Counted from the stretch's first letter, positions 37,230 through 47,662 are shown. The stretch: 64,000 nucleotides of DNA from an uncultured Bacilli bacterium (GCA_934096945.1 CAKOND010000002.1:45975-109974); one strand, 5' to 3'. The notes: a model not told the origin generated them from the letters alone. Numbers and translations are program-made.

Positions 37230-37640
37230 ATGGGATTTAGCTTAAAAAATATTTTTAAAGATGATGATGATATAGATAATTTAAATGGTACAGAAGATGC
37301 ATATTACAATATTTCTGAAGAAGATGCTGTTAAAGAAGCTGATAAAACTGGAAATAAGATGATTTTACTTGAACCTCGTGCATACTCTGAATCACAACAA
37401 ATAGCTGATCATTTAAAGAATAGAAATAGTGTTGTAGTTAATTTAAAAAGAGTTACATCTGATCAAGCTAAGAGAATTATTGATTTTTTAAGTGGTGTTA
37501 TCTATGCAATAGGTGGTTCAATGCAAAAAATAGGTGTTGGTATTTATTTAGTGGCACCTAAGAATGTTAATGTTCAAGGTAAGATTACAGATGATGCAGA
37601 AAAACCAAGTAAAAGTACAGATGAAGAACTAGATTGGTAA
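37230..37640 (+). CDS. sepF: cell division protein SepF
   Basis: LEPRAYSESQQIADHLKNRNSVVVNL...DFLSG..YA..G. Start at ATG 37230 after GGGAGG. Confidence 0.9.
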   Translation: MGFSLKNIFKDDDDIDNLNGTEDAYYNISEEDAVKEADKTGNKMILLEPRAYSESQQIADHLKNRNSVVVNLKRVTSDQAKRIIDFLSGVIYAIGGSMQKIGVGIYLVAPKNVNVQGKITDDAEKPSKSTDEELDW

Positions 37641-37656
37641 TATAGGTGGTGGCCTT

Positions 37657-38085
37657 ATGGTAAATAAATTTAGTACAAGTATTCAAGGCTATAAAAAAGA
37701 AGAAGTTAATGATTTTGTTAAGGAAGTAACTGTTGAATATGAAAACATGTTACAAAAACTTAAGAGTAGTTGTGAGATAATTGAAAATTTAAAAGGGGAA
37801 CTTAAGCATTATAAAGATATTGAAGCAACTTTAAATCGAGCTATTCTTGTAGCGGAAGAATCAACTAGTAATATAAAGAAAGCAGCATATGATGAATCTA
37901 AAGTAATTATAGAAGATGCAAAGAGAAATGCAACTAAAGTTATTAATAATGCTTTACAAAAAGCTGAGAGAATTGAGTCAGAGGCAGAAAGTTTAAGAAG
38001 AAAAGTTGCAGTTTATAAAAGAAGATTCAGAACATTAGTTGAAGATCAACTTGATGAAATAGAACAATTTGATGATAGAGTATAA
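37657..38085 (+). CDS. DivIVA-domain protein
   Basis: N-terminal F.....GYKKEEVNDFV motif and a coiled coil. Confidence 0.8.
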   Translation: MVNKFSTSIQGYKKEEVNDFVKEVTVEYENMLQKLKSSCEIIENLKGELKHYKDIEATLNRAILVAEESTSNIKKAAYDESKVIIEDAKRNATKVINNALQKAERIESEAESLRRKVAVYKRRFRTLVEDQLDEIEQFDDRV

Positions 38086-38092
38086 AAAAGCA

Positions 38093-38407
38093 CTACTTTT
38101 TCTTAGTAGTGTTTTTTGGTGAAGTAATATATTCATTTACTTTTCTCATTAATACATAACTTCTAGATATTAGAAAACCAATTCCAAAGATTATTAGGAT
38201 AGTACCATATGCATACTGTGCGTATGAATTTTTCTTTGTGTAGGCTTCAACTAACATATAAATGCCAAATAAAATTAGAATAATACTATAAATAAGAATT
38301 CTTTTAAATCTTTGTTTTAAAAGTTTTCCTTGTTCTGTTTCATAGAATTTAGTTTTAGCTTCTTTTTTTTCTTCTTTGGAAAGTCTTTGATATTTATATT
38401 TTTTCAT
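38093..38407 (-). CDS. small membrane protein (2 TM)
   Basis: ORF; start trimmed to MKKYKYQ after GGTGA. Confidence 0.55.
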   Translation of the reverse strand: MKKYKYQRLSKEEKKEAKTKFYETEQGKLLKQRFKRILIYSIILILFGIYMLVEAYTKKNSYAQYAYGTILIIFGIGFLISRSYVLMRKVNEYITSPKNTTKKK

Positions 38408-38497
38408 AAAATTAATCACCAATTAGATTATAACACAAAATAAGGGACTAGTAAAATGGAAAGTTTTTGTGTATAATTATGTGTAGGAAGTGATAGT

Positions 38498-39133
38498 GTG
38501 AAAAAATTAAAAATTATATTTGGAATTCTTATAACAATTGTTGTTGGCTTTTTTGCGGTAAAACTTATTTTAGGTGTTGTGGAAAATGCTAGAATTAAAA
38601 AAATTAAAGAAGGATGGCATATTGAAGTTGTTAATGAATATATAAAAGTAAGAAAAGAGCCTAATCAAAATAGTTCTGAACTCGGTGAAGTAAAAAAAGG
38701 TGAAGTTTATAAGGTAGATGATTATGAAAATCATAATGGAAACTTTTGGTACCATGTGGAATATGAAAAAGGTAAATGGGGTTGGGTTGCTAATCCTCTG
38801 GGTAAAGATTATTTAAATGATACTAATAATGAAGATGATATTAAGGCCCCAACAATTAAATTTAATGATGCAGTGTATTATGTAGATTCTATTGAAGATA
38901 TAAATTATGATCATTTAGAAGTTACTGATGATAAACCTGGAGTTGTAGTTACACATAAAGTTTATCATGAAGTAAATGAAGAACAAAATAAAGATCAATA
39001 TTGGATACTATATATTGCTACTGATGCTGTTGGTAAGATAACTAAAAAGGTACAAAAAATTGAATTTAATAAAAGACCAGATGAATCACAAGTTGAAGAT
39101 TTTGTAAAACTTGCTGAAGATAGAAAGAATTAG
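38498..39133 (+). CDS. membrane-anchored SH3b-domain protein
   Basis: YIKVRKEPNQNSSELGEVKKGEVYKV......W..V....GWV. Confidence 0.7.
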   Translation: MKKLKIIFGILITIVVGFFAVKLILGVVENARIKKIKEGWHIEVVNEYIKVRKEPNQNSSELGEVKKGEVYKVDDYENHNGNFWYHVEYEKGKWGWVANPLGKDYLNDTNNEDDIKAPTIKFNDAVYYVDSIEDINYDHLEVTDDKPGVVVTHKVYHEVNEEQNKDQYWILYIATDAVGKITKKVQKIEFNKRPDESQVEDFVKLAEDRKN

Positions 39134-39224
39134 TTTGATTGCTAATTCTTTTTGTATAAAAGGCCACTGACTATTAATCGGAGGGCATAAAAAAACTCTC
39201 TATATAGAGAGTAATGTTACTTAA

Positions 39225-39300
39225 TGGTGTCCCCTCAGGGATTCGAACCCTGGACCCATTGATTAAGAGTCAATTGCTCTACCAACTGAGCTAAGGAGAC
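39225..39300 (-). tRNA. tRNA-Lys(CUU)
   Basis: Anticodon loop CTCTTAA; CCA encoded. Confidence 0.9.
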
Positions 39301-39425
39301 AAAAACGTTCCTAAGAACAAATAGATTATATCAAAAACTTATTCATAATGCAAGGATTTTGAGAAAAATAATTGTTAATATTGAATAAAAATGTTATACT
39401 TAGTAAAAGAATAGGAATGGTTGTT

Positions 39426-41153
39426 ATGTTTGGTAAGATTAAAAAAATAGATAATAATGAAGTTACAATTGAAAATATATCTGGTAAAGCCATATCTAGT
39501 TTAATGAACTGTCATGTGATATTTTTAGAAAATAATCGAAAAATAGTGGGTGAAATAATTTATATTGATGAAATAGAGGCTAAAATTCTTTTAGTAGGTG
39601 AAATAATTGATAATAAGTTTCATGCTGGAATTATAAAGAAACCTAGTGGTATATCTGAGGTTAGAGTTATTACAAAAGATGAGCTTGAACTTATTATTGG
39701 AAGTAGCATTATTTTGAAGGAAAATTTATTACTGGGCTCTTCAGCAATATATAAAAACTTTAATGTGTCTGTATCCCTTAACGATATATTTGCAAATCAT
39801 TTAGCAGTAATAGGAAATACTGGTTCTGGGAAGTCTTGTGGGGTTGCTAGAATGCTTCAAAATTTATTTTTTATAAATAAACCAATTAATTCTCATATAG
39901 TTTTATTTGATGCTTATGGTGAATATGTTGATACTTTTAAAACTATAAATGATATGAATTTAAAATTTGTAAGTTATTCGGGAAATTCAAAAAATGAGAA
40001 AGAACTTCAACTTAAGTTTCCTGCTTGGTTTTTAGATGTTGATGATTTAGCTTTGCTTCTTTCCGTTACAAGTTCTGATCAATTACCTGTTCTCAAGAAA
40101 ACATTAAAGTTAGTTAAAATTTTTAAGGGTAATAGTCCAGAGATGAAAAAATATAAAAATGATATTATAGCTAAGTGTTTAATGGATGTTTTAACAAGTG
40201 GAAGACCATCAACGACGATGCGTGACCAAATAATTGCGGTTTTATCACATTATAATACTGATGATTTAAATTTAGAGTCAATTATACATCAACCTGGATA
40301 TGATAGAACTTTTAGACAATGTCTTTTAATTGATGACTCAGGAAAAATGAATGCTATTTATGAAGTTATGAATTTTTTGCAACAATTTGAACATATAGAT
40401 TTGGAAAGTATAGATATTGTTGATGCTATGTGTTATTCTTTGGAAGATTTGTATAATGCCTTGGAATTTTCTTTGATAAGTGAAGGAACTATAAATAATG
40501 ATGCTATTTATAAAGAAATGAATATTTTAAAAGTTAGACTTCAAAATATTATAAATAGTAATAATAAATATATATTTAATTTGGATGAATATATTGGTAA
40601 AGAAGAATTTGTAAGAAATATGTTTGTTAAAAATAATCTAGTTAATATTGATTTAAGTGATGTAGATGATGAATTTGCTAAAGTATTAACTAAAATATAT
40701 AGTAAACTTTTATTTAATTATACAACTTCATTAGATAAAAGAGGCAGTTTGTCATTTAATATTATTTTGGAAGAAGCCCATAGATATGTTCAAAATGATA
40801 ATGATATAAATGTAATTGGTTATAACATATTTGATAGAATTACTAAAGAAGGAAGAAAGTATGGAACACTTCTTACATTTATTACGCAAAGACCTAGTGA
40901 ACTATCTACGACTGCTTTAAGTCAATGTGCTAATTTTATTGTTTTTAGGGTATTTCATCCAGCAGACTTAGAGATTGTTAGAACAATGAGCACTAATGTA
41001 TCAAAGGCTAATATTGAGCAAATTAAATCATTATCACCTGGTTCTGCTTATGCTTTTGGTGTAGGCTTTAAAATACCAACATTAGTTAATTTTGAAATGC
41101 CAAATCCTGTTCCTGAGAGTACAAGTGTTAATGTTAAAAATATTTGGTTTTAA
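39426..41153 (+). CDS. HerA-like (DUF87) P-loop ATPase
   Basis: N-terminal barrel-like region, Walker A GNTGSGKS, IILEEAHRY, FITQRPSEL. Confidence 0.75.
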   Translation: MFGKIKKIDNNEVTIENISGKAISSLMNCHVIFLENNRKIVGEIIYIDEIEAKILLVGEIIDNKFHAGIIKKPSGISEVRVITKDELELIIGSSIILKENLLLGSSAIYKNFNVSVSLNDIFANHLAVIGNTGSGKSCGVARMLQNLFFINKPINSHIVLFDAYGEYVDTFKTINDMNLKFVSYSGNSKNEKELQLKFPAWFLDVDDLALLLSVTSSDQLPVLKKTLKLVKIFKGNSPEMKKYKNDIIAKCLMDVLTSGRPSTTMRDQIIAVLSHYNTDDLNLESIIHQPGYDRTFRQCLLIDDSGKMNAIYEVMNFLQQFEHIDLESIDIVDAMCYSLEDLYNALEFSLISEGTINNDAIYKEMNILKVRLQNIINSNNKYIFNLDEYIGKEEFVRNMFVKNNLVNIDLSDVDDEFAKVLTKIYSKLLFNYTTSLDKRGSLSFNIILEEAHRYVQNDNDINVIGYNIFDRITKEGRKYGTLLTFITQRPSELSTTALSQCANFIVFRVFHPADLEIVRTMSTNVSKANIEQIKSLSPGSAYAFGVGFKIPTLVNFEMPNPVPESTSVNVKNIWF

Positions 41154-41220
41154 ATTTATGGCTATTCTAAATTGCATTAGAATAGTTTTTTTGCTATAAT
41201 TATGAAGGAGGGTATTTATA

Positions 41221-42207
41221 ATGGGCTTATTTGATAAATTAAAAAAAATTATTAATAAAAAAGAAAATATAGAAGTAAAGGATGAAAATATAAAAAAATA
41301 TGATGAAGGCTTAGAAAAATCAAGAAATGAATTTGTTTCTAAATTAAGTATGCTTGGTATAAAATATACTAAAATAAATGATGAATATTTTGACGAACTG
41401 GAAAATATTTTGATTATGGCTGATATTGGGGTTAATACAGTTATGGATTTTATGGATAGACTTAGAAAAAGAGTAAAATCTGAAAATATAACTGATACTA
41501 AATATTTAAATGAAGTTATAGTTGATGAACTTTTTATAATATATGTTAATAATGAATCTATAACTGATAAAATAAATATGGCTGAAGATGGACCAACAGT
41601 TATACTTATGGTTGGTGTTAATGGAGTAGGTAAAACCACAACTATTTCTAAGCTTGCCCATAAATATAAAAATGAAGGCAAAAAGGTAATGTTAATAGCT
41701 GGTGATACTTTTAGAGCTGGAGCTGTTGAACAATTAAAAATCTGGGCAGATAGGACTAATTCTTTATTTTATGGTAAAGAAAATACTGATCCCGCTGGTG
41801 TTATTTATGATGGACTTCTAAAAGCTAAAGAGAATAATGCCGATATAGTTTTAATTGATACTGCAGGTAGACTTCACAATAAGGTTAATTTAATGAAAGA
41901 GCTAGAAAAAATAAATAAAGTTATTGGCAAGATTATTCCTGGTGCACCTCATGAAACATTACTTGTAATTGATGCCACTACTGGTCAAAATGGTATTATG
42001 CAAGCTAAAGCATTTAAAGAAATTACTGATATTACAGGAATAGTTTTAACTAAGCTGGATGGGACTGCTAAAGGTGGAATTGTACTTGCAATAAAAGAAG
42101 AGGTAAATATTCCAGTTAAGTTTGTAGGATTAGGTGAAAAAATGACAGATTTAATTCCTTTTGATATAGAAAATTATATTTATGGTTTATTTAAGGATTT
42201 GATGTAA
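41221..42207 (+). CDS. ftsY: signal recognition particle receptor FtsY
   Basis: GVNGVGKTTT, DTAGR and TKLDG motifs. Confidence 0.95.
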   Translation: MGLFDKLKKIINKKENIEVKDENIKKYDEGLEKSRNEFVSKLSMLGIKYTKINDEYFDELENILIMADIGVNTVMDFMDRLRKRVKSENITDTKYLNEVIVDELFIIYVNNESITDKINMAEDGPTVILMVGVNGVGKTTTISKLAHKYKNEGKKVMLIAGDTFRAGAVEQLKIWADRTNSLFYGKENTDPAGVIYDGLLKAKENNADIVLIDTAGRLHNKVNLMKELEKINKVIGKIIPGAPHETLLVIDATTGQNGIMQAKAFKEITDITGIVLTKLDGTAKGGIVLAIKEEVNIPVKFVGLGEKMTDLIPFDIENYIYGLFKDLM

Positions 42208-42503
42208 TGGAAGATTTTGTATATTATGGTGAACTTTTTAATATATATGGTTTGCTTTTAAATGAGTCAAATAGAAAATATTATAAACTTTATTATGAAG
42301 AAAACTTTACTTTACAAGAAATAGCGGATTTAGAAAAAGTATCTAAAAGTTATGTAGGTAATATAATTAATAAAACGAGTAAAAAGTTAGAAGAATATGA
42401 AAGTAAATTGCATATTTATGAAAGTAGAAAAAATTTAACTGATGCTTTATTAATTAATGATATTAATGAAATAAAAAGTGTAATTAAAAACATTTTAAAT
42501 TGA
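42207..42503 (+). CDS. ylxM: YlxM/p13-like putative DNA-binding protein (UPF0122)
   Basis: YYEENFTLQEIADLEKVSKSYV HTH; position after ftsY. Confidence 0.8.
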   Translation: MEDFVYYGELFNIYGLLLNESNRKYYKLYYEENFTLQEIADLEKVSKSYVGNIINKTSKKLEEYESKLHIYESRKNLTDALLINDINEIKSVIKNILN

Positions 42504-42553
42504 AAAAAATAAACAAATATACTAAAATATTTATAACAAAGGGGTAGGAAGTT

Positions 42554-42808
42554 ATGAAGAAGTATATATTAGTAGGTTTGTTTTTTTTATTGTTTGGCAT
42601 TTTTCTGGTTTATGCATAGCTAAAGTGTTGGGGTGTATGGATAAAACTGCCCAAAATTATAAATCCAGAGGTTAATAATGCAGGAAAGTGTACTTATGAT
42701 AATAAGGAATCTGAAAGTGATGGAAGTATTATTCCTGGAGTTCTTGGGGTAGGCTTAGTGGGCACTATAGCTGTTTTAACAAAAAAAAGAAAGTTTAAAT
42801 TGTTCTAA
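42554..42808 (+). pseudogene. small signal-peptide/C-terminal-anchor protein ORF interrupted by one in-frame TAG (42617)
   Basis: MKKYILVGLFFLLFGIFLVYA, then TAG, then LKCWGV...GVLGVGLVGTIAVLTKKRKFKLF. SD GGGGTAGGAAG. Confidence 0.5.
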
Positions 42809-42846
42809 TAAAAAATAATAATCATAATAATTAATAAGGTGTATAT

Positions 42847-44004
42847 ATGAAAAAAGTTTTATTAATTATTATGAGTTTTTTATTTTTAACTCTAGGTGTT
42901 AAAGCTGAAGAGGATTTTGCTCCGAATGCTAAAAGTGCAATTCTAGTAGATAATCTATCTGGTAAAGTACTTTATGAAAAAAATGCTGATGAAAAGTTGC
43001 CTCCAGCATCAATGACAAAACTTGGAAGTATGCTTTTAATTATGGAAGCAATAGATAATGGTAGTTTAAAACTAGAAGATAAAGTAACAATAAGTGAAGA
43101 AGCAGCCAATATGGGAGGTAGTCAAGTATTTTTACAAGCTGGTGAGGTTTATACTGTTCATGATTTACTTAAAGGGATAGCTATAGCAAGTGGTAATGAT
43201 GCTGTGGTTGCGATGTCGGAAAAAATTGGTGGCTCACAAGCGGCTTTTGTAGAAATGCTTAACAAAAGATTTAAAGAAATCGGGGCTGTAAATACTAATT
43301 TTGTAAATGCTCATGGACTTGATGCTGAAGGTCATTATTCTACGGCAAGAGATATGTCAATTATTGCAAGGGAACTTTTGAAACATCCTAAAATATTAGA
43401 ATATACAAGCATATATGAAGAATATTTAGAAAAAAATGATGGTTCAAGAATTTGGCTTGTTAATACAAATAAACTTGTAAGATTTTATGAAGGTGTTGAT
43501 GGACTTAAAACTGGATTTACAAAAACAGCAGGTTATTGTTTAACTGCCACTGCTAAAAAAGATAACTTTAGATTAGTATCTGTTGTCATGGGAGAAGATA
43601 CCACGGAAAATAGAAGTAGTGATACTGTTAAAATGTTAAACTATGCTTTTAATACTTATAAAATTAATATAATTAAAACTAAAGGAGAAGTGCTTGGAAA
43701 GGTGAGAGTAGAACGCGGTAAACAAGACTTTGCAAATATTGTTTTAGCTGAAGATGCTACTGAACTACTTAAGAATACTGAAAAAAGTGTAAATTATAAA
43801 TTTAATTTGCTAGTAGATAAAATAAAAGCTCCGGTTAAAACAGGAGATATCGTAGGTATAGCTCAGATAATTGATGATGGTGGAAATATTGTTGATGAAG
43901 TGGATGTAACTGTAGAAAAAGATGTAAAAAAAGCTAATATTATAGATTACATGCTTAGAAATTTAAAGATTTTAGGAAAAGGTAAAACTTTATTAAAACA
44001 ATAA
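42847..44004 (+). CDS. serine-type D-alanyl-D-alanine carboxypeptidase (PBP5 family)
   Basis: Signal peptide, SMTK, SGN and KTG motifs. Confidence 0.9.
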   Translation: MKKVLLIIMSFLFLTLGVKAEEDFAPNAKSAILVDNLSGKVLYEKNADEKLPPASMTKLGSMLLIMEAIDNGSLKLEDKVTISEEAANMGGSQVFLQAGEVYTVHDLLKGIAIASGNDAVVAMSEKIGGSQAAFVEMLNKRFKEIGAVNTNFVNAHGLDAEGHYSTARDMSIIARELLKHPKILEYTSIYEEYLEKNDGSRIWLVNTNKLVRFYEGVDGLKTGFTKTAGYCLTATAKKDNFRLVSVVMGEDTTENRSSDTVKMLNYAFNTYKINIIKTKGEVLGKVRVERGKQDFANIVLAEDATELLKNTEKSVNYKFNLLVDKIKAPVKTGDIVGIAQIIDDGGNIVDEVDVTVEKDVKKANIIDYMLRNLKILGKGKTLLKQ

Positions 44005-44228
44005 AAAGCCATAAAGCTCTTTATTTGATTCGTTACCTTTAGAAAACAAGGAGCCAAATAATGGTTCCTTGTTTTCTAAAAATATTTAAAATTTTAAATC
44101 ATTTATACTTAATAATGATTCATCTTTATTTATTGTGCCATCTATAAGTTCCATAACTCTTGTATTAGTTTTGTATTCATCGGTCTTATCGTTTAGATAT
44201 GATTTTAGTTTAAAATTATTCATTGAAT

Positions 44229-44254
44229 AAAAAAAGAATAAGCTCGTCTTATTC
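44229..44254 (-). terminator. trmL terminator
   Basis: The hairpin gaataag-acgagc-ttattc overlaps the stop codon and is followed by T7. Confidence 0.65.
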
Positions 44255-44767
44255 CTTGAAATCTTCAATTTCTGTTTTTGACTTATGTGGTTCATCAAAT
44301 AATAGTCCTTTGTAGTTTCTTTGACGTAATGCTTCATATAACATTATTGCTACAGTATTTGATAAATTTAAACTCCTTACATTGTCTGTCATTGGCATTC
44401 TCATACAATTATCTATATGAGGTTTTAATATGCTTTTTGGTATTCCAGTTGATTCTTTCCCAAATACGAAATAGATATTTTCATTTGAATTGCTATAGTC
44501 AAAACTAGAGTGGGGTTTGTGACCATATCTGGTTAAAAAATAAAAGATACCATTTTGATTTTTACTAAAAAAATCTTCCCAATTTTCATAAACGTACCAT
44601 TTTAATTTATCTATATAATTGACACCACTTCTTTTTAAAGAGGCATCATCAATTTTAAAACCTAATGGTTTGATTAAATGTAAAGTAGCGTTTGTTGCTA
44701 CGCATGTACGCATGATGTTGCCAGTATTTTGTGGTATTTCAGGCTCAAATAAAACAACGTTTAACAT
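44249..44767 (-). CDS. trmL: tRNA (cytidine/uridine-2'-O-)-methyltransferase TrmL
   Basis: SpoU/TrmL pattern: LFEPEIPQNTGNIMRTC...NLSNTVAI. Confidence 0.9.
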   Translation of the reverse strand: MLNVVLFEPEIPQNTGNIMRTCVATNATLHLIKPLGFKIDDASLKRSGVNYIDKLKWYVYENWEDFFSKNQNGIFYFLTRYGHKPHSSFDYSNSNENIYFVFGKESTGIPKSILKPHIDNCMRMPMTDNVRSLNLSNTVAIMLYEALRQRNYKGLLFDEPHKSKTEIEDFKE

Positions 44768-44792
44768 AATTTCACTTCCTTAAAAAAGGCCT

Positions 44793-45371
44793 TTATTGGC
44801 CTTGGTATTCGTAAATATCTAAAAGTTTTTGGAAATCACTAGCATTTATGATATTGTTATCATTTCTGTGGACTATACCTTGTACTTTTCCATCTTTGTA
44901 ATATAAAATTACAGGAACTTTAGTAATTTTATCTGTTTCAAATGCATTATTTAATCTAGTTAGATAATTATCTTCATTTAACATGTCTTTAATATTTATA
45001 TAATAGAATGAATCACTTAATTTGTATTTGTCAATAAGAGTCTTTAATCCTGTTTCTAATTTGTATGTATCTTTGTTACCTGTATATGTAATTAAGACAA
45101 AATATTCATTTGGTGATTCTGCTAGAATTTGATTTACTTCATCAAGATTTTTGATTTCTAAACTAACTGTTCCAGTGTTTACTAAGTAACTTGTGCTATA
45201 TTTTTCTGTTTCGTTATTTTTATTTACTCTATAAGTATAAAATATTACAAGTATTAGTAATAGTATACATCCAATAAATATTAACATGTTTTTTGATGTA
45301 AATAAATTTTTGGCATCTTTTACTTCTTTAATTTCTTCTTTAGTTTTTTTTGTGTTTTCCATATACACCAT
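44793..45371 (-). CDS. membrane-anchored protein with thioredoxin-like fold (no CxxC)
   Basis: TM segment followed by ...VPVILYYKDGKV. Weak assignment. Confidence 0.5.
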   Translation of the reverse strand: MVYMENTKKTKEEIKEVKDAKNLFTSKNMLIFIGCILLLILVIFYTYRVNKNNETEKYSTSYLVNTGTVSLEIKNLDEVNQILAESPNEYFVLITYTGNKDTYKLETGLKTLIDKYKLSDSFYYINIKDMLNEDNYLTRLNNAFETDKITKVPVILYYKDGKVQGIVHRNDNNIINASDFQKLLDIYEYQGQ

Positions 45372-45421
45372 ACCTTTCTTTTATAATATAACATATATTT
45401 TATTTTTTTTAAATATTTTTT

Positions 45422-47662
45422 TTATTCTTGGACATTATTTTTCTCTAACTTTACTAAAACTTCACGTGGTTTAGAACCATTTTGAGGTCCTACTATACCG
45501 CGTGCTTCAAGTAAATCCATCATTCTAGCTGCTCTGTTATAACCAAATCTAAATCTTCTTTGGATGAGGGAGGCACTAATTTTTCCAGTTTGAATAGCAA
45601 ATTCAACAACATCATTATATGCATCATCATCTTCACCCCCAACAGCTGAGGAACCTGATCCACTTGATGTATTTTGACTAACATTTTCAAAACTTTGATC
45701 ATATTTAACTACTGCTTGATTTTTACAAAAATCAATTAATCTTTTTATTTCGTCATCGTTTACAAAGCTACCTTGGATTCTTGTTGGTGCTGATTCACCC
45801 ATTGGAAAATATAACATGTCACCTTTACCGAGTAATCTTTCGGCACCTCTTTGGTCAAGGATTGTACGAGAGTCAATTTGTGATGCAACTGCAAAAGCAA
45901 TACGAGATGGAATATTATTTTTAATTAAACCTGTAATAACATCTGTTGATGGTCTTTGGGTTGCAACTATAAGATGAATTCCAGCTGCACGAGCAAGTTG
46001 AGTAATACGTGTAATTGAATCTTCAACTTCTTTAGATGCAACAAGCATTAAATCTGCAAGTTCATCAATTATAACAACTATATAAGGCATTCTATTTTGT
46101 GGACTTTCTGGATGTTTTTTATTATATTTATCAATCATTTCATTATATCCAGTTATGTTTTTAACTTCCTTATCACTAAATGTTTGAAATCTTCGATCCA
46201 TTTCTGTTACTACTCTTTGAAGGGTTAAACTTGCTTTTTTGGGATCGCTCACAACTGGGCAAAGTAGGTGAGGAATACCATTATAATTTGTAAGTTCAAC
46301 TTTTTTAGGGTCTACAAGAACGAGTTTTACTTCAGTTGGTTTATAACGCATTAATATCGATGCAATAATTCCATTGATACATACAGATTTACCTGAACCA
46401 GTTGAACCTGCAACTAAAAGGTGAGGCATCTTTGTTAAGTCAAATACTTTTGGTGTACCCATAATATCTTTTCCTAATGCTGCACATATTTTTGCATCAC
46501 TTTTTAAATTTTGTGGACTTTCAAGGACTTCTCTTAAAGTTACACTTGAAATTGTAGGGTTTGGTATTTCAATACCTATTGTACTTTTGCCTGGAATAGG
46601 TGCTTGAATAATGACATCTTTGGCAGCAAGTGCTAAAGCTATTTCTTTATCAATACTTAATATTCTATTAACTTTGGTTGCTGGTGGAACAGTGAGTTCA
46701 TATTCTGTAACTGCTGGTCCAATATGAATTTCTACAACTTTGGCAGCAATACCGAAATCTCTTAAAACTCTTTCTAGTATTTCTTTGTTACTTTGTGTAA
46801 ATGTTGTACTATTTACTTTTTTAGGTTTAGGTTTATCAAATATTTCGTCAAATTTTGGTAAGCGATAATATTCTTCTTCATCAGATGTAATTTCTTCTTT
46901 AGTTTCAGTTTTTTCTAAGGATTCTTGTGTAATTGGTTTATTTTTTAATTCTTCCATACTTGTTATAATTATCTTTTCTTTTTCAAGTGGTTTTACTTCA
47001 GGTGTTTCTTTTATTTCATCACTTGTTGTAATAGGAATATCTTCTTCACTAGTTGTATCCGTTTTTTCTTTTTTCTTTCTTTTAAATATGCTAAATATTT
47101 TAGCAAAAATATTTGATAGATTAAAATTAAATGTTAATACAGATGCAAATATACCGAGTAAAACTAAAATAACAATAGTACCGGTTTTTCCAAATAATCC
47201 ATAAAGTAGAGCCGTAAATAGAGCTCCGATAAAACCACCACCAATAACTACAGTTGTAACACCTGATGTATTTAAAGCATTAGATGCATTTATCGATGAT
47301 ATTCTTTCCATAAAATTATTATACGTCTCCATAATAATTTCTTTTGGATTTTGGGTTATAGATAAAAATTCAAAATGGCTTGCAACTAAAAGAATAATGA
47401 AAAAAATGTATAATCCTATTAGTTTGGGACTGCTAAATTTTGGCATTTTTCTTTTATAAAGCATGTAAACGCCAAGAACTATTAAGGATGTTAAAATAAT
47501 TATCCACCATGTGCCAGCTAAAAATATTGCAAACATTTTAAGTAGGGAACCAATAAATCCAAAGCCAAAACCAATTATACCTATAAGCACAAGGATAAGG
47601 CCAGTTAGTTCAACATTATAACTACTGTTATTATTTTCTTTAGTTTTTTTCTTCTTTGCCAT
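45422..47662 (-). CDS. ftsK: DNA translocase FtsK/SpoIIIE
   Basis: N-terminal TM segments, GSTGSGKS, and a gamma-domain wHTH at the C-terminus. Start at MAKKKK after AAGGTGA. Confidence 0.95.
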   Translation of the reverse strand: MAKKKKTKENNNSSYNVELTGLILVLIGIIGFGFGFIGSLLKMFAIFLAGTWWIIILTSLIVLGVYMLYKRKMPKFSSPKLIGLYIFFIILLVASHFEFLSITQNPKEIIMETYNNFMERISSINASNALNTSGVTTVVIGGGFIGALFTALLYGLFGKTGTIVILVLLGIFASVLTFNFNLSNIFAKIFSIFKRKKKEKTDTTSEEDIPITTSDEIKETPEVKPLEKEKIIITSMEELKNKPITQESLEKTETKEEITSDEEEYYRLPKFDEIFDKPKPKKVNSTTFTQSNKEILERVLRDFGIAAKVVEIHIGPAVTEYELTVPPATKVNRILSIDKEIALALAAKDVIIQAPIPGKSTIGIEIPNPTISSVTLREVLESPQNLKSDAKICAALGKDIMGTPKVFDLTKMPHLLVAGSTGSGKSVCINGIIASILMRYKPTEVKLVLVDPKKVELTNYNGIPHLLCPVVSDPKKASLTLQRVVTEMDRRFQTFSDKEVKNITGYNEMIDKYNKKHPESPQNRMPYIVVIIDELADLMLVASKEVEDSITRITQLARAAGIHLIVATQRPSTDVITGLIKNNIPSRIAFAVASQIDSRTILDQRGAERLLGKGDMLYFPMGESAPTRIQGSFVNDDEIKRLIDFCKNQAVVKYDQSFENVSQNTSSGSGSSAVGGEDDDAYNDVVEFAIQTGKISASLIQRRFRFGYNRAARMMDLLEARGIVGPQNGSKPREVLVKLEKNNVQE

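Noticed and set aside
41082-41681. A 199-aa minus-strand ORF spanning the HerA/ftsY junction.
   Set aside because: It is antisense to the conserved ftsY and HerA-like coding sequence, and its translation is low-complexity S/I/F-rich.
44086-44337. An 83-aa minus-strand ORF downstream of and overlapping trmL.
   Set aside because: Its 5' part overlaps the trmL 3' end out of frame. The only non-overlapping ATG (44223) lies immediately after the trmL terminator T-run, with no SD. No family recognised.
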